From positions 10,230,001 through 10,294,000 of the forward strand of contig NW_024704764.1 in the NCBI RefSeq assembly GCF_018977255.1: a DNA stretch of 64,000 bases, written 5' to 3'. Below the pieces are notes generated by a model. The model saw nothing but the letters and a program-made list of their open reading frames with translations, was not told the origin of the DNA and made no database searches. Of this stretch, positions 1-15,000 are shown one piece after another (within the stretch, counting starts at the first letter, position 1; each line of letters begins with the position of its first letter). A program made the translations under genes and the position numbers. Source of the DNA: Callorhinchus milii. Its lineage: Eukaryota.

Positions 1-3000
1 TGACACACTTCTGCACAAATCTCGGCACTGAGCTGCTCTCTCGCCGGCACAGAGCCTCCAAACTGCAGCCAAACACCTGGTCTGTGGCACATACACACAC
101 ACACGGTCACTAACAGCCACACAGGACCCCGGACCCCGACCCACACAACCTTCAACCCCCCTTCCACCCCACACACCACCCCCCCCACCCCCCACGGCCC
201 TCCTCACCCTGGATATAGCCTCGGTCTCGTACACTCTGGAGGGTGGGCCGACGCTGCAGAAGCTTTTTCAGTTTGTTTCTCACTTTGTTGTGGTCAGAAT
301 CAGACGCACTGCCAGCCTGTCGCACCGACACTGTAACACGCACACACACTTGTCAGAGCTCACACCAGCTCACACCAACACACACAGCGTGTCAGAGCTC
401 ACACCAACACACATAACAATAATAATAATCCTTGCATTTGATATAGCGCTTTTCACGTCCAAAGCGCTTCACAGAACACACTGTAAAATGAATTGACTGT
501 ATATTTGTGGGCGAACGCGGCAGCCAATTGCGCACAGCAATGTCCCACAAAGTGTCCTAGATTGAAAATGACCAATTTATTATTGTACATACACACACAC
601 ACACACACACGTGTCAGAGCTCACACCAACACTCTCTCTCTCACTCTCTCACACCTCGGGATTTCCTGTCCTCTCTCTCTCTCCCCGCGATGCTCTTGTT
701 CGCGGTAACGTCAGGGTCGGGGTCACCGGGGGCCTCTCCGGGGGTCTCCAGGGCCTGAAACACAAACACACGGACGGGAGTCAGTCAGTCAGTGTGTGTG
801 TGTGTGTCTGCGCGAATGTGTCTGCATGTGAGTGTGAGAGTGTGTGGGGGGAGATTTCACATGAGCCGCGATCCTAAAAACCACCCCCCGGTAACCTCAC
901 AGCCCCCGGTAACCCCCTCCACCCCGGTAACTCACAGCCCCCGGTAACCCCCCCGCACCCCCCCCCCCCGGTAATCTCACAGCCCCCGGTAACCCCTCCA
1001 CCCCCCCCCCCGGTAACCTCACAGCCCCGGTAACCCCCCCCCCCCACCGTTACGCACCAGCTGTCGGATGCAGTCGGTGATGATCCTGTACCAGTCGCTG
1101 ATGACGGACTCAGTCTCGTACTGTATCAGGTACTCGGAGCCCGAGCGGGTCTTCAGCTACAACACACACACACGTTACTGTCTGCTCACTGGGGGGGGGG
1201 GGGGGAACAGTGGGAGGGTGGGGGAGGGAGGGGGGAGAGAGAGAAGGGGAGGCGGGAGAGAGGGGGGTGGGTGCAGGAGGTGGGAGGGGAGAGGGGTGGG
1301 TACAGGAGGTGGGGAGGGGGGGGGTACAGGAGGTGGGGAGGGGGGGGTACAGGAGGTGGGAGGGGGAGGGGTGGGTACAGGAGGTGGGGAGGGGGGGGTA
1401 CAGGAGGTGGGGGGGGAGGGGGGGGTACAGGAGGTGGGGAGGGGGGGGTACAGGAGGTGGGGAGGGGGGGGTACAGGAGGTGGGGAGGGGGGGGTACAGG
1501 AGGTGGGGAGGGGGGGGTACAGGAGGTGGGGAGGGGGGGGTACAGGAGGTGGGGAGGGGGGTGGGTACAGGAGGTGGGGAGAGAGAGAGGGGAGGGAGTA
1601 GGGCTGTTTGTGGGGTTACTCGGGGGAGTGTTGGGATGCACTTCACCTCCAGGACGTGTTTTTTACTGGATTTGTCCCTCGCGGCCCAACCGATTGTCGC
1701 TCCTCTCAGATCCACTGTGTGTTCCGGTACAATCTGCCCCGCGGTCTGTCTCTGAGCGGAGAGAGCGAGAGCCGAGCGGTGAGTGCGGGGGACACCGATC
1801 ATCCCAGCGCCCGCCCCCCCCCCTAACTCCCCACCTCCACTCTCCCTCCATCTCTCGCCATCCTCCCTCACCTTCCTCCCTCCATCGCTCGCCACCCTCC
1901 CTCACCTTCCTCCCTCCATCGCTCGCCACCCTCCCTCCTCGTTCCCTCCCTCCCTCCCCCTCCATCGCTCGCCACCCGCCCTCCTCGCTCTCTCCTCCCT
2001 CCTGGTCTCGGCATTTTGCCGTAATATCGCTCAGATGATTCAGAAAATTCTGGGCGGGTGTGTGGTGTGTGTGGGTGTGTGTGTGTGTGTGGGGGGGGGG
2101 GTGTGGGTGGGTGTGTGTGTGTGGGGCGGGGGGGCGAGAATGGAGCGATGTCCTCCTGTTGTGTCGGTGCATCAGACGGTGTTGTTCTGGATTTTATTGT
2201 TTCGATCCCATTCTAAGATTGTTACACAATAAAGTCTTATCAGAGGTCTCTCTGAGCCTCTTCCTCTCTCAGGGCTCTGTCCCGCGAGCTCGTCCTGTTA
2301 GTCACTGGTCACTCTTACACCGGAGATGGTCGGGGTAATAATAATAATATAATAATCCTTGCATTTGACACAGCGCCTTATCACATCTTCTCGAGGTCTC
2401 GGAGCGCTTCGCAGAATAGGCTGTAAAGTGAATTGACCGTATATTTGTGGGCGAAACGCAGCAGCCAATTGCACAGAGCAGCGCCTGTCCCACAAACAGC
2501 CGTGGGTTGAAAATGAGCAACTTTTTATTATTGTTTTGTTTTGTTTTGGAGGGATTACTATTAGGCGTGTGGAGTAAGGAAACCTGCCCAAGGTTTCGCC
2601 CTGACCTGCCGGGAATTGAACCCAAGTGACTCACTTGCAAGGCGAGTGCTCTAACCACTGAGCTACAGGACTCCAATAATAATAATAATATACTACTACT
2701 ACTAATAATGATCCTTGCATTTGATACTGAGCCTCATTACATCTTCGGGACGTCTCCCAAGTGTTTCCCAGGATAGACTGTAAAGTGAATTGACTGTATA
2801 TTTTGTGGGCGGAACTATCTGGCTTCACTTACACATATTCCGGTCAGACTGGGCTCAGGAGCTGCAAAGACAGGATTGCTCAGCCTCGCTGACGCCCTGC
2901 CCTGCCCTACGTCACTGAACAGACATCTCCTCGGCCCTTCTCTCCCCCCTTTCAAACCCTTCTTAAAGAAAAATGGTTCTGTGTCCGCGCCTTCGGTTAA

Positions 3001-6000
3001 CAGCCGCAAAACTCCCTCGACTCCCCTCATCTCCCCACCTGACTCCTGGAGGCTGAGCAGGAGAGGTATTTGTTAGGTCAGGGTATCAAGTGATTATGGG
3101 GAAAAGGCGGCCAAATCGTGGTACAGACCAGCTGTGATCTTACAGAATGGCGGAACAGCCAGTGTGCCAGGCAGCCAGTGCGCCAGGCAGCCAGTGCGCC
3201 AGGCAGCCAGTGCGCCAGGCAGCCAGTGCGCCAGGCAGTGTGCCAGTGTGACGTACTTACCAGGCTGCCTGCTGACTGGTTTTTGGGATCCTTGTGGAAG
3301 GTCAGGATGGATCCGTGCAGCACCGTCCAGGAGGTGGCCCAGTTCTTCCTACGGGAACAACAGTGAGTCAGCCAACAACAACAACGACGACGACGCCGAT
3401 GACAACAACAACAGCAACGACGGCAACAATAACAGCAGTAACAACAACAATGACAACGACAACAGCAATGACAACAGCAACAAGACACAGAGCAGAGACA
3501 CTGACCATGGACTGACAGAGATGCTGTACCTGATCCGCTTCCCATTATCCAACACTTTGGCCCTGTTCAGAATCCCAACCTTTTCCAACATGTGAGACTG
3601 GAGGGAAAATAACAGGGATGTGAGAGGATAACTGAGAACAAGTGTGGGTGGGGGTGTGGAGCCGAGGGTGGTGGTGGGGGGGGGCGTGAACAGTTTTGCA
3701 GCCCGGCCTCACCGGGGGGGGGGGGGGGTAGGGTGGGGGGGAGGAGGAAACCCATCACCAGGGGGTTACAGAGACCATGCAGGATAGTTGGGGGAGAGGA
3801 GGGGAGGAAGGGAGAGGGAGGAAGGGGAGGGGGGGCTGGGAGAGAGTGGGGGCGAGAGAGAGAGCATGCTCCGGCAGAGACTAACATGCGGAAGCAGAAC
3901 ATCAACGGGCTGGCCGAACTCTAGCTCCGCGCTGTAATCGGATGCGTTTCTCTGATGCTCTGAGGCAAACGTCTTGAGGGAAACAGGACAAAAAGAACGG
4001 AATTCATTTAAAATGTGCCATTCGCCATGGCAACTTGCTTCACCCCCCACTACCCGCCCGGCGTCAACACAGTCGCTCGTCAATCAACCGATCAATCCCC
4101 AACACATCTAGAGAAGCGGGGAGCCAGCTGGAGAGTGGGATTAACGGAAAAGGTGATACCCAAATAATAATAATAATCACATCTTCGAGACGTCTCAAAG
4201 CGCTTCACAGATACACTGTAAAGGGAATTGACTGTATTTTTTAAAAGAGATTATTACCCCTGAAAAAGAGATTTGCCAATTGACTAACAGCCAGGCTCCT
4301 CCTTACTGTTAGGTAAACAGAGGAGTGTGTGTGCTTATGTGTCTGTCTGTGTGTGTGTGTCTGTCTGTGTCTGTGTGGAGTAAGGAAACTTGCCTAAGGT
4401 TTGCCCCGACCTGCTCGGGAATCAAACTCAGGTCCTGTCGCTTGAGAGGCGAGGGCTCTAACCACTGAGCTACAGGACGGCATGGTTGGTGAGGTTGAGG
4501 TGAGGCCTGACTTTCTCTCTTTCTCCCTCTCACACACTCACCTTCTCCTCGGGCTCCGTGGCTTCCGGTGTGCGTGGTTTCAGTATCGTGTGCCGCCAGT
4601 TATTGAATATCGGGCTGGAGTCCTGCACGATCCCGTCACCGTTCCTGGTGCTGGGCTGCCCGGCCGTGATGGAGAGCTGGAGCAGGGACAAAGGCAGCTG
4701 GTTTACTGGAGAGGAAAATAGCCCCATATTTGAAGGCTACAACTGGCCCCGTGGCCCTGGGCTAGGGACAGAGAACAGTAAGTCTCCTGGTCGCAACAGC
4801 ATTGGGGTGAAATTCCCTCCCCCCCCCAAACAAAAAGGTGTGTACATGCTGTGATAATAATAATAATAATTCTTGCATTTGAATGGCCCCAAATACCCTA
4901 TGGTGATTACTACTCCACATGTGAGGAGTTATCCCCTTTCCCCCCGTGGGGGATAATGGAAAAGTCACCGGACAGTATGCCCCCACCACAACCCCGCATC
5001 AACCACCCCCCCCCCACCCCCCACCCAAGCACAAGCCTGTCAGCAGTTCGAGGAAGAGAAACATCAGAGAGGAAATCAGATTGTGGTGAGGGAAGAAGGA
5101 GCCAGCAGTGAAGTGTAACCCCGACACTCAGGAAGTCAGACTCAGGAAGTCAGTCTCTTTATAACCGTATAAAGTCACAATGTTATATTTATAATAATAA
5201 TAATCCCTGCATTTGATGTAGCGCCTTATCGCGTCTTCAAGACGTCTCAAAGCGCTTCACAGAATATACCGTAAAGTGTACTGACTGTATATTTTTGTAA
5301 TGTCCCACAAACAGTGATGGATTAAGTGGCCACATTATTATTATTATTTATTTCATTTTATCTTGGGATTATTAACCCCGGAAAACAAACGACTATCAAC
5401 CCGGGTTCCTACTGACTGCGAAGTAAAGCGAGGCGTGTGGTGTAAGGAAATTTGGCTAAGGTTTTGACCTCTCACTTGCGAGACGAGTGCTCTAACCGCT
5501 GAGCTACAGGACTCCCTAGTCTACATGGTATGTGTGTGTGTCTGCAGTCACTCACAGCGGGTGTTATCTGGGGAAGGTCCCATTCCGATCTCCCACCATC
5601 AGGATTGTAGTAATAGTTCTGTCCGTTGTCATCCATATGCCTTATCCACTGACAAACACACAGTCACCAACCAGGATTAGACAGCATCTCGGTACACACC
5701 CCGATATACACACATACATCCCCCCCTGATATACACACGCACACAATATACACCCACCACGATACACACACACGCACACCGATATATTCATACACAAACC
5801 AATATATACACACACACTAATATATACACACACACCGATACACACACGCACCAATACAAACACACACACCGATACAAACACACACCGATACAAACACACA
5901 CACCGATACAAACACGCACCGATACAAACACACACACACCGATAAAAAAACACACACGCACAGATACAAACACACACACACGCACCGATATAAACACACA

Positions 6001-9000
6001 CACACACACCGATACAAACACACACCCCGATACAAACACATACACACATATACACCCTCAGGTATAAAGACAGGCGTGAGGGGTAATTACGCACAGGGAC
6101 CTGCCCCAGAGACTGAGGTAATAAAGCACTGAGACGCACAAAACTCAGAACCGGTCGGACAGGATTGGGATTTGCTGGATTCTGTGGGTTATAAATAGCC
6201 TCTTGTCAGAGTGTTACACCCTCCCAGGTAGCCACGCTCTGTGCTCTGTACACAAACCTCAACCCATCAGGTGGGGGTGGATGCGGCTCAGGATACAGCC
6301 ACGCCACCCAAAATCTGGCAGCAGATTGTCCCCAACACTAAATCTTCACCGCAGTCCAGTGTGCCTGGGCGATCACACACACACAGTGTGTATACAGAGT
6401 GCACACACACACATACGCCGTGTACACATATGCCGGGCACACACACACACAAATACTGTACACACACACACATACTGTACACACGCGCACATACACCCAT
6501 ACATACTGTACACACACATGGTCCTTACTGTTTCCTGGGTAAAGTCGCTGGTGTAGAGGAGCTGGCCCTCAGGGTCTGTGTGGCAGCTCCAACCCGGGGG
6601 GATGTCGGAGCCGGTGGGGGACTCAGGTTCACTGTTTAGATCCTGTGACCAGGACGAGGGGGTTCGACGATGACCCCAGGGTTCCTCCGGTATTTCCTCA
6701 ATAATCTCGGGGTAATCCTGCTCGGGGGTGGGTGGCTGGAAACAACACAGCAACAGCTCAAACCCTGTACATCCCAGACCTCCGTTACACACTCTCACAT
6801 GCATATCACACGTGTATCACATGATTTCCTCCTCTCACACACATATCACACGCTCAACCCTTCGCACACGTGTGTCACACTCCTCTCACACACGTGTCGC
6901 ACACATTTCACACACTTCCCACACAGCAGGATGCAGTCTCCGAGTGTGCGGAGGCTGTTTCTGTCACTTACCCTCTGATTCCGGAGATTAACCGAGGGAT
7001 CCATGTGCTCCGGCGTTCCCTCCTCCCGCGGTGATGGTAATTCCCACGTGGTTTCTCCGTCGCTGGATGGTAGAAATAGGTCCTCCCGCTGGCCTCATCC
7101 ACATGGCTTTCCCATTCTTCGTAAGGATCGCTGGGAATGCCGGGATCGCTTGGAACGCTGTCACTGGGATCGGGAGAGGCTGGAGCCGGCTGCTCCCAGT
7201 TGTCCGGCTGCTGGAAAGGTGAGTCCCAGGTGGTTTCCCCGGAGACCGTGTTGTAGTAGAAGAGCTGGCCGCTAGCCTGGTCGCTGTGTGTCTCCCAGGC
7301 TTCTAGCGTGGGGGGCGTGGGTGGGGGGGGCTTCCTGGCTAATTCCTGTCTCAGGATCCCCACGTTCTGGTACAGCGACTCCCCCTCCTCAAACACCTGC
7401 CACAAACACAGCCTCAGTTACCCCGAACACTGACTGGGGTATAACCAGGTAATCACTGACCGGGTCACAGGACCCGCCGCCTGAGTGAAACAATAACCGA
7501 CGTGTTTAATGTTGGAACATGTCAGGTCGCAGCGGTGAGCGAGGACAGTGAGTGTGATTGTTGGCAAACATGGCGGCCAATTTACCCACAGCAAACATCC
7601 CGCCCACAGGCGCAGAGTGAACCAGATGTTTTTTATAATAATAATAGTAATCCTTGCATTTGATACAGCGCTTTTCACGTCTTCTCGACGTCTCAAAGTG
7701 CTTCACAGAATAGACTGTAAAGTGAATTGACTGTATATTTGTGGGCGACACTCGGCAGCTAATTGCACACAGCAGCAAGTGTCCCACAGACAGTCGTGGA
7801 TTGAAAATGACCAATTTATTATTGTTTTGGAGGATTATTATTATTTGTGTTTTTTTTTGTGTGGGAAATGAAAGTAAACCCTAAACCTCCTCCTCGCTGC
7901 GAGAGGGAAACACACATTGAGCTCACAAATTAAGTTTTGTAAGTTTTCTTTCCAAACACAGCGACTTATCTGAACCATCAGTGAGAGAAATGACTGGTAA
8001 CTGTAATACCATCTATGTCACTTTCAACACACGCTCCCCCCCACTCCCCCCGTGGCATTGGTCCAACCAACCACTTCCCTATTTATCTCGTTTGTCCACT
8101 TCCCAACTGCTCTGAGCCTCTCGGTGTCACAGATAGCTATAGACTGGGCTGATGCCCAGCGCAGTGCTGGGGGGGGTGGGGGAAGCGCTGCATTGTGAGA
8201 TGTTAAACTGAGGCTAAATGGCACTAGATAAGAGAAAAGAGAGTCTGTGACTGGTGATCTAACCAACGCTATCCAACGCCCAGATAGAACTAGGAAGCCG
8301 CCCGCTGGCTGCGTGTGACTTTGCTGTTTGCCTGCAACAAAACAGTCACTACACTCGGCCAGCGATTTCCCTGCGAAACGCTTCGAAACTTTGTGACGTG
8401 AGTTACAGGCCTCGAGTGTGACACCCAGGGATTGTTGTACGTTTCCTCTCTGGTGCGCTCAGTGCTGACCACGGCTGTGGAATCCATTCCCACCACACAC
8501 ACAAGGTGACTTGGGTTTGAGGTTTGCTGGGGCTGTTACAATGGAGCCTCCTTCCCCTTCGTAACTGAGAGGCAGAACTGGCCATTGGGGCGTTGTCATA
8601 GGAGACACAATCTCAGCAATGCGCGCGCAGAGAGACCTCACACTGACTAAATACAGGTGGTCGCAGCATACAGTCTAAGCCGACACTGCAGTGCGCGCTG
8701 GGTGGGGGGAGTGTGGGGGGGGTGGGGAGTGGGGTGGTGGTGGTGGGGGGGGGGCTGCATTGTCAGAGGTGCCAACCTTGGATGAGGCTTTAAACCTCAC
8801 TCCCGGTCTCCCTGTTCAGGTGGCTGTTAAAGATCCCGCGGCACTATTTGCAAAGAGAAGGGAGCTTCTCTCTCTCTCTCTCTCTCTCTCCCTGGTGTCC
8901 TGGCTGACAATCCCCCAAATAAAATTGGTATTGCTCACTCCATGTCTGTTTCTTATTGCAAAAGGGATGAAGGGATATGGGGATAAGGTAGGGTCAGGTT

Positions 9001-12000
9001 ATTAGCTGGAGTTAGATTAGAAGATCAGACATGATTGAATGGCGGGGCAGAGGCTCGAAGGGCCGAATGGCCTCCTCCTACATGTTATGTTATGTTTGTG
9101 AGAACACTGTTGTGTGCAACTGGTTGCCGCGTTTTTCTCACAAAGTACACAGTCACTCCACTTTACAGTGTGTCCTGTGAAGCGCTTTGAGACGTCTCAA
9201 TGACGGATAAGACGGTTTATCAAATGCCAGGATTATTATTATTATTATTACGTATCAACAGAAAACCGCACGTTTCACTGACCCTGTCCTTGCCCAAGGC
9301 TCCCCCTCCCTCCCCACCACCCCGTGAGTTCAGACTGACATTAGCCTGGAACAATGGCTGGCTGCAGTCTGAGTCTGGGTGTGGGGCGGGTGCCAGAGCG
9401 ACAGACACAGTGAGCACACCGACACGCCCACGCTGACAAACCTCCTGCTGCACACAGCACCCTGGATGGGACGTCACAGACGCACAGACCTGCTGACCAC
9501 CACACCAGGCCGATCCGGGGAAGAAATGAAATTATTTTGGGAAGTAGCGAGATGGAACACTGGTTCACGAGCGACTGAAACTGGCCCCACACATGCACAC
9601 GCACGCATGCACATACACACACACACACAGACAGACACACACACACACACACGCGTGTGCACACACACGCACACACACGGAACAAGGCCGGCTTCAAAAT
9701 AAACACCGCGCACTATTTCTAGAATGTTCTCCACAGAAGCCATTCGAAAGCTGTGGTCGTGGCGAATGGTGCAGGTTGAGTGGAGGGTTTATTTGTGTCT
9801 GATCACGTCGCATTAGATTAAAGTCTATTTGCACACCAACCCCGTAAAACCCCATCAAACCTTTCAACAACAACAGGCATTTTGGGAGCGCTAATGTTTA
9901 ACTAACGACCCTTCCTCCACATTCCTACGTTCTCCCGATCAGACAAGATGTTGTTCCCAACAACCATCAGCCGAGACACCAGGAGAAACTCCCTTGTCAT
10001 CTTCAATAGTGTCGCAGGACAACAACAACAACTTGGATTTATATAGCGCCCTCCACGCCAGACGGCGTCTCAGAGCGCTTCACAGTAACAGATCCCGAGG
10101 CCGAGCCGGGGGACAGGGGAAGAAGGTGACCAAAGGCGCGGACGAAAAGAAAGATCTTTAGCCGAGAATCTTTAACATCCACCTGAACAAGGCAGCCTGG
10201 AACTGCGGTGCCTCTCACCCAAGCACAGCACAAAGCCAGTGCAGCTCTCCCGCCCCCGGCACTGTGCTGGAGCATCAGCCTGGACTGTGAGCTCTCGTCC
10301 CCAACACAGGGGCCTGGTCATCGTACCAATGCCGTTCATCCTCGCGAACAACAGGCGAGTTGTTAGTTAAATGGGGAAAGGTTTGCAGAAGAGTCTGTGT
10401 GCAAACCCTGCTCCGAGCGCTCAGGCAGCTAATTATACACCACACACACACCTCACTAACCGACCTGCTCAACCACCATCTTCCCACAAACGGGGGCCGA
10501 GGTTCAATTACAGCCTGTCCTGAGCCGGGTGATCGACAACAACAACAACAACAAATGACATGTGTACAGAACCTGTCATGTCGGGAGGACAATCTCTGAC
10601 TATCCAGCGCCTTGGGACACTCTCCAAAGTTATTTGTAATTTGTTGTTGTTGTTGTTGTTGTGAGCTCAGTGGAGGAGGGGAGGTGAGGTTGGGGGGGGT
10701 GGGTGTTAGCCATTGCCTGGCTCAGCACCGCAGTTGGATTTGCCAGGGACATAGACAGAGGAGGGTGAGGGCAGCCTGAACCAGCCTCGCTCTGTGAACA
10801 CAGAGACCAAGTGGGTCCAACACTGACTGCATCTCAGCCCCATCCTGTCCTCACGCCGGTGGTCGGGGGTGATGGGTGGGGGGGGTGTGCTGTCTCTGGA
10901 CAGTAATGAGGAGTAAAATACACCTCAGCTACTTCCGGTGTGGGCGGGTAGGCAGGGAGGAAGGTGGGGGCATAAGCGGGCAGGGGGGAGTGAGGTATTG
11001 GGGAGACTGTCTGTGTGGCTCAGTGCTGCACTGTACAGAAGTTTCGCCGAGTTCCTGGCTTAAGAGGAAGTGAAGGAAAAGCTAAAGCCGTTTGTTACAG
11101 CTGTCAGATGTCAGCACCACATCTCACTGGGGGGCCATCGCGTACTCAGGGAGACCCTGGGATACCCTCTCCCTGCAGAGGTGGTCTCCACATACTGACT
11201 TTCCACAAGCTCTTTTTCAGAGGGAATTAGACAATAATGTCTTCAAAATAATAAACAAATAAACAAACAAATAAATAAATTAACAGTTTTGTCACTCAAT
11301 CCAGGAATGTTTGTGGGACACTGCTTAGCACAATTGGCTGTTGCGTTTCGCCCACAAAACACACAGTCACTTGACAGTGTATCCTGTGAAGCGCTTTGAG
11401 ACGTCTCGAAGATGTGATAAGGCGCTGTGTGAACTGCAAGGATTATTATTATTAAATCTTCAATAGAAGATGTTACGGAGGAGGAGGGATGGGGGGGGTC
11501 TGAATTTGCAGAGAGAAATGGCACAGCCACGATGGCCGAATAGCTTTCTTCGGCACAGGAGCATTCTACAATTCTCATCCAGAAATATTCTTAACATTAA
11601 AGATCTCTCTTAAACCCTTCTCCCACCACCCGCCCTTTCCCCCACCTCAGCACCCTCCCTCACTCCCATTCCCCCCCCATCACCCCACACCCACTGCTGC
11701 CTTCTCAGCTGCAATGACAACAATCCCAAACCCTACTCTCGCCAATGGCACATCCTCTCTCACTCTCCGTCCAAAACACAACACAAATCTGACAGAACAA
11801 CCGACAGAGACTACAGACAGAGAGACAGAGGGACAGAGAGACAGACAGTGACTCTCCATCCTGCCAGCGACACTAGCTCTGGCTGGCAGGTCGTTGTGCT
11901 GTCAGCAAGTGAACAGGAAGCAAGCGATACAGGAAAAAAAACAATCATCAACCTCACACCCGCGCTCAGCTCAGCCTCACAGCCGTATTTCCTGGGTAGA

Positions 12001-15000
12001 GTGCAGGTGAAGTCCTACCTCTGGGTACAGCACGGAGGACAGGTAACAGTCCATGTTTCTGCACTGGTGATGCCCCGAGCCCCAGCCAGTGGTCACGGCA
12101 CTTCAGGCACCTCGCAGCTCAGACCCATGGAAACACTCTTAATAGGAGGCGGATTTGCACATCTATCTGACATCTCGTCACTTCCTGAGTACAGCCGAGA
12201 GCAGCTCGAAAACAGAAGCATTTGGTGTGAAGCATCTCAGGCGGCTGTTTCCTGACTCGCGCGCTCTCGCTCTCTCTGTCTCTCTCTCTCCGCGTGTCTG
12301 TGGCAGGAACTCCTCTCTGTGGCACATCCCTGCTCCCAGTTCCATACTCGATCAGCTTAGGCCACATCCACATTGTTTATGTGCTGAGATCATAACTGTG
12401 ATGTTTCACTGATTGCTGAGTGACCGACACAGACCCAGGTTACCCGGGGCAGAGCCGAGAGAGTGAGGCATCGGCTGACACCCAATCCGAACCTGATGTC
12501 TTCCTATTCAGTTGGACGTCAAAAGATTCCCACGACACAATAAGAATAATAAGCCTTGCATTTGATACAGCGCCTTATCACATCATGGAGACATTTCAAA
12601 GCGCTTCACAGAATATATTGTAAAGTGAATTGACTGCGTATTTTGCGGGTGAAACGCGGCAGTTGATTGCGCAAGCAGCGTCCCCACAAGCAGTCATGAA
12701 TCGAGTGACCAAATTACGTATTTTTTATATATAATCCTGATTGTAAGTACATGACGCAATTTCTTACAAATACCACGGCCTTTGGAAGTTCTCTACCCCA
12801 TTCCCTGCTCTCTCTCTCTCCATCGCGTCTGTGCTGGGACTCGTTCCCCCACTGGAGCTCTCTACTCTAACCCCAAGTAGACGTGGGGGAAGGGGATGAA
12901 CATATTGATCTGAAAGCCAGAATTCCACCCAGTCCCAGCCTGTGAGACACTCTTGAGCTTAGCCCCAAACCGTGTTGTTGTTAAACGAGTAAACAGCAGC
13001 GCGAGGGGCACAGGGCACAGAGCAGGGCACAGAGCGAGAGGCACAGGGCACAGAGCAGGGCACAGAGTGAGGGGCACAGGGCACGGAGCGAGGGGCACAG
13101 GGCAGGGCACGGAGCGAGAGGTACACGCAGCGAGGGGCACAGGGCACAGAGCGAGTGGCACACGCAGCGAGGGGCACAGGGCACAGAGCAGGGCACGGAG
13201 CGAGAGGCACATGGCACGGAGCGAGAGGCATAGGGCACAGAGCAGGGCACGGAGCGAGGGGCACAGGGCACAGAGCAGGGCATGGAGCGAGAGGCACAGG
13301 GTACAGAACGAGAGGTACAGGGCACAGAACGAGGGGCACAGGGCACAGAGCAGGGCACGGAGTGATGGGCACAGGGCACAGAGCAGGGCACGGAGCGGGA
13401 GGCACATGACACGGAGCAAGAGGCACAGGGCACAGAGCAGAGCACGGAGCGAGAGGCGCAGGGCACGGAGCGAGGGACACAGGGCACAAAGCAGGGCACA
13501 GAGCAGGGCACGGAGCGAGGGGCACAGGGCACAGAGCAGGGCACAGAGTGAGAGGCACAGGGCATAGAGCAGGGCATGGAGCGAGAGGCGCAGGGCACGC
13601 AGCGAGGGGCAAAGGGCATAGAGCAGGGCATGGGGCACAGGGCAGAGGCCAGGGCACAGCCCTGCTCTGCCCGGGTTCGGTGCTGCCTGTTTTACAGGTT
13701 AACTCAGCCGGACCTGCTCCATGCATCGCTTCCTCATTCCTCAAGGGCACAACACCAGCAATAACCACACTCACAGATACTCTCACAGACTCACTCACAG
13801 ACACTCACTCACACACTCACGCACATTCACAGATACACACTCACAGACACTCACACACACTCACTCACACATTCAGACACACACATTCACACACTCACAG
13901 AGACACACACGCACAGATACACACACATTTACAGATACACTCACACACACACTTACACATATTCATACACACTCACACACACTTAGACACACTCACAGAC
14001 ACACTCATAACCACACTCAGAGACACACACACAGATACACACACACTCAAGATACACACATACATACACACGCACACAGATACACACTTAGACACACTCA
14101 CCCACACAGACACTCACATATACACACACTCACACAGCACAGACAGACACTAACTCACACACTCAGACCCACACAGACATACCTGCCTTATCAAACCGGT
14201 GACCGAGCCCGTCTCCCCCTCCCCACCCTCAGCTCAGTGGAGAGTCACAAGGAGTCTTACCAATGGCGGTTGGGCGGGGGTAGAGAGCAGTGTGTGTACC
14301 TGAGCCTGTGCTGTGTGGCTAAACCCTGCTCCTCATGTTCTGCTCCGAGGCTCTGGCTTTGCTCCCTGTGTCTCTCTGGCTCCCAGGGCACATTGCTGCC
14401 AGTTTCACCCACGCCCCAAACACACACCTGGCGGGAGGGGCCAGCTGTTAACCACTTAAAGCTTTTAACCTGTTCAGGTGAGGTTTCCAGCCCCAAGGAA
14501 GGGAATCCCCACGTTTCGCCCATGAGACGCAGTCACTACATTTTACTGTATATTTCGTGAAGCGCTTTGAGACGTCTTGAGACATCTCAAATGCCAGGAT
14601 TATTACTCTTGTTATTATCTGATTGTTCCTACTTGAGACCTCCCCTGGTGCAGGACACACAGCACACTACCACCACCAACAACAACAACATAGCCAGCCT
14701 GGCACAGCTTACATCCCTTTTCCCTCCTTATCCATTTACATGGATTGGAAAGAACAACAACACACAAGCAACAACAACAACTTGCAGGTACTTAGCGCCC
14801 TCCACCCAGGGTGGCGCCTTAGAGCGCGTATGCACACAAACCCACCCACAGTTACACAGCGCCTAACGTCTCAAAGCGCTTACGAGTTGACATTGATTGG
14901 AATTGAAGCGAGTATTAAGGAGGTAATCAAACGGGCTAATCTGTCCCCCGTCCTGCCCACACATTACTACCCACCCTCACCAAACCCAACCCCCATCCCG

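Noticed and set aside
1068-2232. Gly-rich and Pro-rich ORFs
   Set aside because: G-rich minisatellite; only 1058-1156 and 1647-1751 are real exons.
8290-10600. Possible additional alternative ARHGAP27 exons
   Set aside because: I found no convincing combination of ATG or acceptor, phase-0 donor and homology.
12862-14560. Long Cys/Pro/Ala-rich or His/Thr-rich ORFs
   Set aside because: Products of a minisatellite and (CA)n repeats.
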